Shown here one piece after another: positions 51,472 through 59,493 of a stretch of DNA of 64,000 nt. The stretch is taken from positions 512,001-576,000 of the forward strand of contig CAVPNL010000006.1 in the NCBI GenBank assembly GCA_963706575.1. Reading direction: 5' to 3'. The DNA is from an uncultured delta proteobacterium (GTDB taxonomy: Bacteria > Desulfobacterota > Desulfobacteria > Desulfobacterales > JAHEIW01). A model generated the notes under the pieces. It made no database searches. It saw only the letters and a list, made by a program, of their open reading frames with translations, and was not told where the DNA came from. A program made the position numbers and the translations under genes. Each line of letters begins with the position of its first letter. Within the stretch, counting starts at the first letter, position 1.

Positions 51472-52746
51472 TCAATCTCCGGTAGCAGCTCCATGCAGCT
51501 TGATCTCAACTTTGTCGGTCAGGCCTTCGTAGTATCCGCGCAGAATTTCAACGACTTCGTCACGTCCAAAGTGATCCGGCAACGCTTCGCCTTCTGAAAG
51601 CATTTTGCGCAGCATGGTTCCGCTGAGCAGCACGCGATCCCCTTTTTCGTGCGGGCAGGTTCGCAGGGAAGCCATGCCGTCACATTTGTAGCAGTAAAAG
51701 GTCCAGTCGATTTTCAGCGGTGCACACAGCAGCGCTTTGCCTTCTTCTTCCGGGCATGGGATTTTATCAAAGATGGTCTGGGCTTCGAACATTCCGTAAA
51801 AATCACCCACGCCGGCATGGTCGCGGCCGATGATCATGCGGGAACAGCCGTAATTTTGCCGGAAAGTGGCATGCAGCAGGCCTTCGCGGGGTCCGGCGTA
51901 GCGCATGTCGAGCGGATATCCGCCCTGGACGACTTTATCTTCAACGAAATAATTTTTAACCAGTGAATCAATGCATTTGACGCGAACTTCAGCCGGGATA
52001 TCACCCGGTTTCAAATTGCCGACCAAGGAATGAATATACACCCCGTCGCAAACTTCGACGGCAATCTTGCAAAGGTATTCATGTGAACGATGCATGGGAT
52101 TTCTGAGCTGAAGTGCAGCCACTTCGCTCCAGCCGCGGTCTTCAAATATTTTGCGGGATTCTTCCGGTCGCATGTAAACCCCGGCATACTTGGTGGGATA
52201 ATTGCCTTCACTGAGCACCTTGACCGGTCCGGCCAGGCTGATCTCTTTTTGTTCCATGACCATCTGAACGCCCGGATGGTCGTCTTTGGCGATTTTCCAG
52301 AACTCCTCAGCTGTGGCGGTGCCTTCACCCATGTAGACCTTCTCACATTCAAACTTTTTGTCGGCTTCGGTCATTTCAAATTTTTCGGTGACCGTCATGG
52401 TGGCCATGATCTCATCGCCTTTCGGGTCATAAAGCGCAATTTCTTCACCCGCGCCGATGCCTTCCGCATCCTCTTTTGAAGCCGATAAGGTCACGGGGAT
52501 GGGCCAGAAAGTCCCGTCGGCCATCAGAAAGTTTTCACAAACACCTTTCCAATCCGCTTTCGTCATGAAACCGGTCAACGGGCTGAATCCACCGATGCCC
52601 ATCATGATCAAATCGCCCTTTTCACGCGGGGAGACCGGAATTTTTTTAAGGCCTTCAGCTTTTTTCTTTTCCGCTTCCAGCTCGGCGCCTTCAAGCAGGC
52701 AGCAGGTCAGTCCTTTTCCGCCATGAGGGGGAATTAAATTAGCCAT
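51472..52746 (-). CDS. sat: Sulfate adenylyltransferase (dissimilatory)
   Basis: [46 protein letters not shown]. Confidence 0.98.
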   Translation of the reverse strand: MANLIPPHGGKGLTCCLLEGAELEAEKKKAEGLKKIPVSPREKGDLIMMGIGGFSPLTGFMTKADWKGVCENFLMADGTFWPIPVTLSASKEDAEGIGAGEEIALYDPKGDEIMATMTVTEKFEMTEADKKFECEKVYMGEGTATAEEFWKIAKDDHPGVQMVMEQKEISLAGPVKVLSEGNYPTKYAGVYMRPEESRKIFEDRGWSEVAALQLRNPMHRSHEYLCKIAVEVCDGVYIHSLVGNLKPGDIPAEVRVKCIDSLVKNYFVEDKVVQGGYPLDMRYAGPREGLLHATFRQNYGCSRMIIGRDHAGVGDFYGMFEAQTIFDKIPCPEEEGKALLCAPLKIDWTFYCYKCDGMASLRTCPHEKGDRVLLSGTMLRKMLSEGEALPDHFGRDEVVEILRGYYEGLTDKVEIKLHGAATGD

Positions 52747-53034
52747 TTGTTTACCTCTCCTTTCAATCTGGTTTTCTATAATCAAGTCGCCCAAAACGAC
52801 TATTATTCTTTTATATAAAAGGGTAATGATTAGTAAGGATAGCCGCTTTTGTCAAGCGGAATTGCGTTTTTGAAGCAAAGATTTCGCGATAAATTTGGCC
52901 GGTGGTGTTTTTGGGGTTAAGAAGGGCGATTTTGTTAAATTTTTGCTTGATTTGAGTACCGCTTCCGGGTAAATGACAACGGTAATTTCGCGCAAATTTG
53001 AATTTCCGGCCTTTGCGGAATTGGAGCTTTAAAT

Positions 53035-53418
53035 ATGTCAGATATCAAGTTGTCAGATGAACGACGCCAGCAGAAACGATTCAAAGCCGCAGAAGGTGCA
53101 TTTGCAGCCCTGGTTGATCAAGAAAGCAGACTGGGCCAGATTAAGGATATCAGTTCACATGGACTTTCGTTTCGCTACATCGATAGCCATGAGAAGCTCG
53201 TAAACGCCAGTGAGTTAAAAATCATTCTGGGCAATCGGGGTCTTTATCTGGATAAAGTGCCCTTTAAAATAATTTCCGATTTTCAGATAGAAAGCGAGTT
53301 TAGTTTCAGCAGGGTCAGTATGCGCCAAATCGGTCTGGAGTTTGGAGAATTGACACCGGGACAGCGGAACCGGTTGGATCGATTCATTAAGCATCACACG
53401 GTCGGTGAGGCCGAATAG
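53035..53418 (+). CDS. PilZ domain protein
   Basis: ERRQQKR and DISSHG motifs, IGLEF. Confidence 0.85.
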   Translation: MSDIKLSDERRQQKRFKAAEGAFAALVDQESRLGQIKDISSHGLSFRYIDSHEKLVNASELKIILGNRGLYLDKVPFKIISDFQIESEFSFSRVSMRQIGLEFGELTPGQRNRLDRFIKHHTVGEAE

Positions 53419-53466
53419 CTCCCCCCCCCAAGAGGACTCCTTCGATCTCTTAAAAAAATAACGATG

Positions 53467-53495
53467 AAGCCTGGTGATTTCCACCGGGCTTTTTG
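53467..53495 (+). terminator. Intrinsic terminator
   Basis: AAGCCTGGTG-ATTTC-CACCGGGCTT-TTT. Confidence 0.75.
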
Positions 53496-53516
53496 TGTTT
53501 CTGTGTTCATTGATGG

Positions 53517-53996
53517 TTAAAATGTGAATAAACCCCCAAGGAGCAAAATAATCATCGCCAAAATAACCAGGGCAGCGATGATGATGTTACGCTTTTTGGT
53601 TGGCGACTGTTTTTTAATAGCTTTCTTTGGGGGCATTTTCTCTTCGGTACGAATGGTATGTGTTTTTTCAGCAGAACGGGCGCGAAAAAAACTGGCCGGG
53701 GGAGGGGTATCCGGCGGTTCGAGTTTGGGCCGGGGCCGGTCGGCCATCGGCTGCGGTTCGCGGGTTTGATCATCGAATGGGTCGGCGACAGTTATTTTTT
53801 TTTCAGTTTCCGGGCTTAAATCCGTGGGTTGGTGGCTGTCATGCGGTGGCGGTGAATCCGGTGGTATGGTCAAATAGGCGTCGTCAAGTTGCTGGGAATC
53901 GGCTGCGATTTCAGCCCCGCAATGAGGACAAAAACGGTAGCTCAGAGTTTCCACTTCCGGCAGCGGCTTGCTGCATTGGGGGCAAAAAGGTTCCAT
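53517..53996 (-). CDS. Zinc-ribbon protein with Pro-rich linker and C-terminal TM anchor
   Basis: CPQC...CPHC N-terminus, low-complexity middle, KKRN plus hydrophobic tail. Confidence 0.75.
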   Translation of the reverse strand: MEPFCPQCSKPLPEVETLSYRFCPHCGAEIAADSQQLDDAYLTIPPDSPPPHDSHQPTDLSPETEKKITVADPFDDQTREPQPMADRPRPKLEPPDTPPPASFFRARSAEKTHTIRTEEKMPPKKAIKKQSPTKKRNIIIAALVILAMIILLLGGLFTF

Positions 53997-54041
53997 ATCT
54001 CACACGGCGTTTGTGCTCGAAAAGGGTTAATCTTAATTCAT

Positions 54042-54249
54042 GGTTTCAGGTTTCAGTCACCGGGTTCAAAGGTTCAACGTTCAATGGTTCAGAGGTTAGA
54101 AAAAAGAAGACAGATGTCAGAGGGCAGATGACAGATGAAAATCGGAAAGTAGGGCAGCCCTCTGCGGCTGCCGAAAACAGCGACCGGCAGCCAGATCCCA
54201 TAACCTTTGAACCTTTGAACCCCTGAACGCTGAACCTCAGAACCTTTGA
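54042..54249. repeat. Nested composite: outer GGTTCA array, inner CAGATG 7-mers and a GTAG REP
   Basis: gggttcaaaggttcaacgttcaatggttcagagg / cctttgaacctttgaacccctgaacgctgaacc enclosing acagatgtcagagggcagatgacagatg and GTAGGGCAGCCCTCTGCGGCTGCC. Confidence 0.82.
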
Positions 54250-54253
54250 TAGC

Positions 54254-55252
54254 CTACCGATACGTATTCAACCCCACAAAAGTGCCGCCGTTTTCCCGGC
54301 ACAGGACGCGCATTAAAGTGGCAAAACGTTCGCCGGTGTTGCCGCGCGCCTGGGTTTTGGCCATTACCACTGGAAAACCGACGGCATGTATCCGGACGCG
54401 CCGCGAGCCGTCTTTTGTCCGTTTGTTGATGCGATCCACGGTGTCGATGACCGGTTGAATCCGATGCCCGCTGAATTCATCACCAAAAACATACAGACTT
54501 ATTTTCTTATCTGTTGCATAAAATGTTCTGATCGCAGCGGTGATGCCCTCAACCGGGCTGCTGTTGCTGAACGCGCGCCAGGAGCTGAGTCTGGAAATAA
54601 TGGCCCGGCGGCGGGCGGGTGTGTCCGGAATCCATTTGCCCCGGTATTGTGAAAACATATATTCGCCCATATCGTTCATAATTTGAATGCCCTTGACTTT
54701 CGGGTATACATCCAGGGTTTCTCTTAACTTTCTCTGCACCAGAGGCCAGGCGTTGCGCTGCATGCTGCCCGAGGTATCGATAATAAAGATAATGTATTCG
54801 CTGTCTACCGGAATGCCGCCGACGGAGCGATCCATTTTTCGGGGCTGAGTTTTCAGCAGGCGCCGCATCTCTTCGGTTAATTCCTGCATGGCGCGGGCCA
54901 GTTTGCCTTCAATAATATTTTGCACCTGGGCGGTGTCTTTTGAGCCCGCAAACTGGCCTTCAATTTTGGACAGATCTCCCTGCAGTCTTGCCAGCCGGAT
55001 TTTTTCTTCCGACAGTTGCTCATTCTTGGCCGTCAGGTCTCGATTCAGTATGGCGGTTTCGCCCCGGATTTCCACCAGCTCTTCTTCGAGCCGGATTATT
55101 TTGGCTTCCAGATCGACTTTAACTTCTTCGATAATCAACGGTTCGGCGAATTTGGATAATACAAACAGCAGAATCACAGCTCCGAATCCGCAGCAAATGC
55201 AGTCCAGAAACGATAGGCTGAATATTTGTATGTCTCTTCGGCGCTTTCTCAT
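54254..55252 (-). CDS. vWA domain protein with N-terminal ExbD-like TM anchor and coiled coil
   Basis: RKRRR..FSLSFLDCICCGFGAVILLFVL, heptad-rich region, MIDAS DTSGS. Confidence 0.85.
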   Translation of the reverse strand: MRKRRRDIQIFSLSFLDCICCGFGAVILLFVLSKFAEPLIIEEVKVDLEAKIIRLEEELVEIRGETAILNRDLTAKNEQLSEEKIRLARLQGDLSKIEGQFAGSKDTAQVQNIIEGKLARAMQELTEEMRRLLKTQPRKMDRSVGGIPVDSEYIIFIIDTSGSMQRNAWPLVQRKLRETLDVYPKVKGIQIMNDMGEYMFSQYRGKWIPDTPARRRAIISRLSSWRAFSNSSPVEGITAAIRTFYATDKKISLYVFGDEFSGHRIQPVIDTVDRINKRTKDGSRRVRIHAVGFPVVMAKTQARGNTGERFATLMRVLCRENGGTFVGLNTYR

Positions 55253-55325
55253 TATCTTAGCAACACGATCTCAACAAACATTTGGCCAATACTGTTACAT
55301 CCACACGCGGTCCCCAGCAGCCGGA

Positions 55326-55504
55326 TTTAGGAGCGCTATCGCTTGAGGAGCGCTGCGCTTTAAGATCAGAATCGTCTCAACCTTAAGTTCCAAAGGAACG
55401 CTCCTCGAGGCTCAGAGAGCCGCTCATAGAAGCCCGCAGGGCTGCTCATTTTTACTTTGCCATAGGCAATAAAACCGCAATCCAAAATCCGAAATCCAAA
55501 ATCC
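55326..55504. repeat. Mini-hairpin array element plus AATCC 7-mer arm
   Basis: aggagcgctatcgcttgaggagcgctgcgctttaag..gttccaaaggaacgctcctcgaggctcagagagccgctc; then ccgcaatccaaaatccgaaatccaaaatcc. Confidence 0.75.
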
Positions 55505-55505
55505 T

Positions 55506-56594
55506 CTATGGCCAATCCTTCGAAGGCGCAAAAAAAGAACCGCGGGTGCTTTTTGCCAGACGCCAGTAAGCATCGGCGGCCAGCGGGTCGCCTTCCATGG
55601 GATATAAAATAATATTGACCGGTGCGCCCGGAAGCTTGCCGATGGCATCATTAAACAGGCTTAGGCGTTTTTTACCGGACACCCGTTTGCGCCAGGGCTT
55701 GCTTGACCCCATGGTCGGCAGACCGTCCGTCAGCAAAAAAATATTGTCCGGTGCGGGCTTCATCGCAAGCATGGCGGTGATTGCGTTTAAAAGGCTGGTG
55801 CCTTTTTCCGGAACGACGCTGCGGATTTGATCTGCGGACTGGTTGAGTTGATCCACATTACCGGCATCCAGCCAGGTTCCCTGGGTGTTTTTGAGTAAAG
55901 GGGCGGCAGCTTCGTTAAAGGCATATATCTGGAATTGGCTTGTTAGTGGAAGCTGGGTGCTCAACCAGTTAACAGTGGCAACGACCTGCTGCCATTTGCT
56001 GGATTTTATTTTTTCTTTAGCGCTGAGGTTACGCCGCCGAATAATTCCAACGACCGTCTCATCGAGCATGCTGGCGGAGGCATCCACCAGAATAAATATG
56101 CGCCGGCCGCCCATCTTTAAATCGGTTAAATACTGACGGTCCCCATGTCCGGGGAATTTTTGCAGCCGGCTGCCCATGTCGTCCTGGGTCTTGGCACCGG
56201 CTCTCAGTCGCTTGAGTTCTTCTTCCAAAGATTTCAGATCGGCCTTTAATTTGTTGACATGTGTCTTGGTGGCCAGAGTATCATCTTGTCTGTCGGCCAG
56301 CTCGATCTTCTTTTGTTCAAGAATATCTATGATTCTGCGAGATAGACCTTGTGTGCGGACCAGAGTCGTTTCTGTGTGTTCGATGGCATTGCGGGCCTGG
56401 ATTAAATCTTTTTTTCCTTCCAGGACTTCATGCTCCATGCGATCCACCTCAGCTCGAAAATCCGAGGTAATCGAGTCGCGCTGGGCGGCACTCTTGGCAT
56501 TTACCAGCACAAACAAAAGGATGATCGCCCCCAACCCGCAGGTAATAATATCCAGAAAGGATAAGTTGAACACATTGACCGATCTACGTTTCAT
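55506..56594 (-). CDS. vWA domain protein with N-terminal ExbD-like TM anchor and coiled coil
   Basis: KRR..FNLSFLDIITCGLGAIILLFVLV, coiled coil, MIDAS DASAS..T..LLTDGLP. Confidence 0.87.
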   Translation of the reverse strand: MKRRSVNVFNLSFLDIITCGLGAIILLFVLVNAKSAAQRDSITSDFRAEVDRMEHEVLEGKKDLIQARNAIEHTETTLVRTQGLSRRIIDILEQKKIELADRQDDTLATKTHVNKLKADLKSLEEELKRLRAGAKTQDDMGSRLQKFPGHGDRQYLTDLKMGGRRIFILVDASASMLDETVVGIIRRRNLSAKEKIKSSKWQQVVATVNWLSTQLPLTSQFQIYAFNEAAAPLLKNTQGTWLDAGNVDQLNQSADQIRSVVPEKGTSLLNAITAMLAMKPAPDNIFLLTDGLPTMGSSKPWRKRVSGKKRLSLFNDAIGKLPGAPVNIILYPMEGDPLAADAYWRLAKSTRGSFFAPSKDWP

Positions 56595-58005
56595 CAGCTT
56601 CGCTATCCAGACACGCAATGAGGTTAAAAATCTCACCCGGTGTTCCCACCCGGACCTTTTGCCCCAGCAATAAATTGGTTTGCCCTTTTACCGGATTTTC
56701 ATCCACGAAAGTACCGTAGGTGCTGTGGTCGTTTAGAACAACCTGGTTTCCCCGCAATTGGATAATGCAGTGTTTTCTGGAAACCCCGGCGATCTTCCCC
56801 TGAATTTGGATGCCCGATTCACCGGCAACCTTTTCCAGGCCAATGATTAAGGGCTTTTTCGTTATGGGATACGCCAGATGGCGATATAGGATGTGGGTGG
56901 GTTGTTGTTGTCCCTCGGCGGCTTTTCGGGGTTCTTCATATGATATGGAACCATCATTCGGCAGCGGGCGTGAGGTCAGGAAAGGCGCGCTGCTCCCGGC
57001 CTGCTGTTCAAACAGCGGACCGGTGAATTTCAGGATTCCCAGTGCACCGGCGCCGGGTTGCAGTTCAATGATACTGCAATTTTCGATTCCAGCCATCATT
57101 TCTTTTATGCCGGGTAAACGGGCAATCCGATCTGTGAGCATCAAAACCGGTCCGGCTCCCGCCTTTCCATGACGCTCATAAACGCGGCTAACAAGACGAC
57201 GCATTTGCTCAAACACGGGCGCCCCTATTTTGAAAAAAAGATCGCGCCTCAACGTTACGTGATATACTTTGGATCCGCCCGTCATTTCAAAATAGACGTC
57301 GGAATCCCTGCAAAGCTGTCTCAAAATACCGGGCAGGCGGTCATAGAGCTCCTGTTCGGTGGCGGCCTGGTGCAACGGGTCAAACCGGGTGCTGCGCACA
57401 AATTCTTCTGCAATGGCATCCACCCATCTTCGATATAATTTACTGAGGCCAGTTCCTTCTGACGATATCGAATTTTTTCGGTTTAACTGATCCGCCCGCT
57501 CAAGGCGGGTAACTTCAAAGCGGTGCAAATGCAAATCCAGGTGCAATAACAGTCCTTCTGGCAGTCGCTGCGGAACCGCTGCGACTGCCAGGGGAACAAA
57601 ACCTTTTACCGGCATGCCCAGCTCCTGGGCGATCCCTAAAATAAAGCCTAAATGCTCCCGGGTATAAAAACCCGGAACGCCAATAACCATTTCCCTTCCT
57701 TGATGCTTTACGGTCTGCCAGATGCGGGCAAAATGCGCGAATGCGATTTCAGCGTGATTCTGCGCAAACGGATTGGGTTGTTCTAAGGGTTCGATATTCA
57801 ATTGGTCCCAGAATTTATTTAGCGTCTGCCGGGGATACAGGTGCGCTTTTCTTTCAGCAGCTACGCCGACAATTAACCCCTGTTTTTCTGCTAAGGCAAA
57901 TCCGGGGCTCTCAACGCTGTTTCCGTCAACCTTCAGCAATCCGGCCGGTTCGGCTCCGGCGACCAGGATACCGGCGTCACTGAGTTCAAGGCCTAATAAA
58001 CTCAT
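56584..58005 (-). CDS. Hsp70/actin-like fold fused to a C-terminal FHA domain
   Basis: LGLEL, VIGVPGFY..PLAVAA and LLHLDL resemble DnaK NBD segments; C-terminal VSRKH..DHSTYGTFVD is FHA-like. Confidence 0.7.
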   Translation of the reverse strand: MSLLGLELSDAGILVAGAEPAGLLKVDGNSVESPGFALAEKQGLIVGVAAERKAHLYPRQTLNKFWDQLNIEPLEQPNPFAQNHAEIAFAHFARIWQTVKHQGREMVIGVPGFYTREHLGFILGIAQELGMPVKGFVPLAVAAVPQRLPEGLLLHLDLHLHRFEVTRLERADQLNRKNSISSEGTGLSKLYRRWVDAIAEEFVRSTRFDPLHQAATEQELYDRLPGILRQLCRDSDVYFEMTGGSKVYHVTLRRDLFFKIGAPVFEQMRRLVSRVYERHGKAGAGPVLMLTDRIARLPGIKEMMAGIENCSIIELQPGAGALGILKFTGPLFEQQAGSSAPFLTSRPLPNDGSISYEEPRKAAEGQQQPTHILYRHLAYPITKKPLIIGLEKVAGESGIQIQGKIAGVSRKHCIIQLRGNQVVLNDHSTYGTFVDENPVKGQTNLLLGQKVRVGTPGEIFNLIACLDSEADET

Positions 58006-58032
58006 ACAACCACCCTTTCTAATGATGGCTCA

Positions 58033-58084
58033 AAATCCGAAGATTTGTTTAATCCGCAATCCGCAATCTAAAATCCAAAATCGG
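58033..58084. repeat. AATCCGC 7-mer tandem arm
   Basis: aatccgcaatccgcaatctaaaatccaaaatc. Confidence 0.75.
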
Positions 58085-58086
58085 GA

Positions 58087-58890
58087 TCATTTTGTATACA
58101 AATGACTGATCAGATTTTCATCACAGTAAGTTTCCGCATCCAGCACGTAGTGCTCCTGCAGCTGTTGCAATTGATGCAAAAGAAACATCAGTCCAATACT
58201 GATTAACAGTGCGATCAACGTTGAATTAAATGCGACACCCAGGCTGCGGGTAACGTCAAAGATGTCGCCTTCAATGGCTTTATGCGCCTGGCCCAGCGCA
58301 TCTCCGATCCCCCGAACCGTACCGATAAACCCGATTGATGGGATGGCCCAGGCGATATAACGTATCATAGATAATTCAGACTCAAGTCTTTCAGCTTCTG
58401 AATCGCAGTAGGCATGTGTGGCGCTGGCAACATCCTGGATGTTGCGCGTTGTGCTGAACCGCTGCAAGCCTGCCAGCAATGCCCTGGGAAGCAGCGCCTC
58501 GCGTTGTTGTGCGGGCAGGGCCTGAATCTGCCGGGATACATCCCGGGTGTCTTCGGGCAGGATGCGCTCGCCTTCAGCCAACGGAATCAAGTCCATCTGC
58601 AGCAAGGCCCTTTGCCGCGAGGTTTTAAAGGCTTTATACCCCATGATGGCAATTGCCCAGAACATCAGAATAAAACAGGCTTCCTGTTCATAATCACGGA
58701 TTAACACGAAAACAGAGCGTTCCGTTACCTGGGCTTTGTTTTCTGCCATCTGAATGGCCTGCTGTGCCAAAATGGCGTCCGCCCTGGGCCGAATCATGGC
58801 CACATAAATGGCATGTACAATAATCACGATGATGATCAACGCAAACACCTGGTAAAGGAACTCGAAAGAAAAGGGAAAACTTTTTTTCAT
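58087..58890 (-). CDS. MotA/TolQ/ExbB proton channel family protein
   Basis: IAWAIPSIGFIGTVRGI and LGVAFNSTLIAL TM motifs. Confidence 0.92.
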   Translation of the reverse strand: MKKSFPFSFEFLYQVFALIIIVIIVHAIYVAMIRPRADAILAQQAIQMAENKAQVTERSVFVLIRDYEQEACFILMFWAIAIMGYKAFKTSRQRALLQMDLIPLAEGERILPEDTRDVSRQIQALPAQQREALLPRALLAGLQRFSTTRNIQDVASATHAYCDSEAERLESELSMIRYIAWAIPSIGFIGTVRGIGDALGQAHKAIEGDIFDVTRSLGVAFNSTLIALLISIGLMFLLHQLQQLQEHYVLDAETYCDENLISHLYTK

Positions 58891-58951
58891 TAGAACCTCT
58901 TGTCTTCGGCTTTTTAATAGCAAAATGTACCTTGGTGATTGTAGGGACAAG

Positions 58952-58994
58952 TGCCTAAAATGCCTAAAATGATCTAAATTGACTAAAGTTAAGG
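58952..58994. repeat. CTAAAATG-type tandem arm
   Basis: gtgcctaaaatgcctaaaatgatctaaattgactaaagtt. Confidence 0.75.
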
Positions 58995-59018
58995 ATGTTA
59001 TCTTTTTCTATTTGAAAA

Positions 59019-59471
59019 CTAAATGTCGTATGGAAAATCGACCGCCTGTTCCGCTTCAATTTTTTCCGAAGGTTGAAAATCTTTTAACGGTTTTTTGACA
59101 GCGGTTGATTCTTTCTCTTCATCGGTTTTAGATTCGGGTTCTGTGCTCATCGGCGACGGTGTCTTTTTTTCATCGGTCGCCGTCTGGGTCTCGTTCTGCG
59201 CAACAGTTACCCGAGATGGATTAGAAATGGTTTCAAAACCCCATCTAAGGCCCAATGGCTGCGTTGCAGGCCTCCGATAAATGCTCACATACCCATGTAT
59301 GCTGCGCTTTCTCGATCGGCCTGCGCCTTGCCCTTGAACCTGATCTGAGATTTTGAAACCACTTCTATATGTATCCGCCCGAACATCCCATTTTACAATA
59401 ACCAGAAAGCCCAGCAGTGCAACACCGATTATTGCCAACTTTTTGAATCCTGCCAATGTTTTCACGATCAT
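59019..59471 (-). CDS. Small exported or membrane-anchored hypothetical protein
   Basis: Signal-like N-terminus, disordered acidic middle, compact C-terminal FQPSEKIEAEQAVDFPYDI. Confidence 0.65.
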   Translation of the reverse strand: MIVKTLAGFKKLAIIGVALLGFLVIVKWDVRADTYRSGFKISDQVQGQGAGRSRKRSIHGYVSIYRRPATQPLGLRWGFETISNPSRVTVAQNETQTATDEKKTPSPMSTEPESKTDEEKESTAVKKPLKDFQPSEKIEAEQAVDFPYDI

Positions 59472-59493
59472 AATTACGCCCCGCAGCTCCATC

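Noticed and set aside
58087..58890. Zorya ZorA, flagellar MotA or canonical Tol/Exb operon
   Set aside because: No long ZorA tail, no OmpA-domain B subunit, and no tolA/tolB/pal, tonB or flagellar genes nearby.
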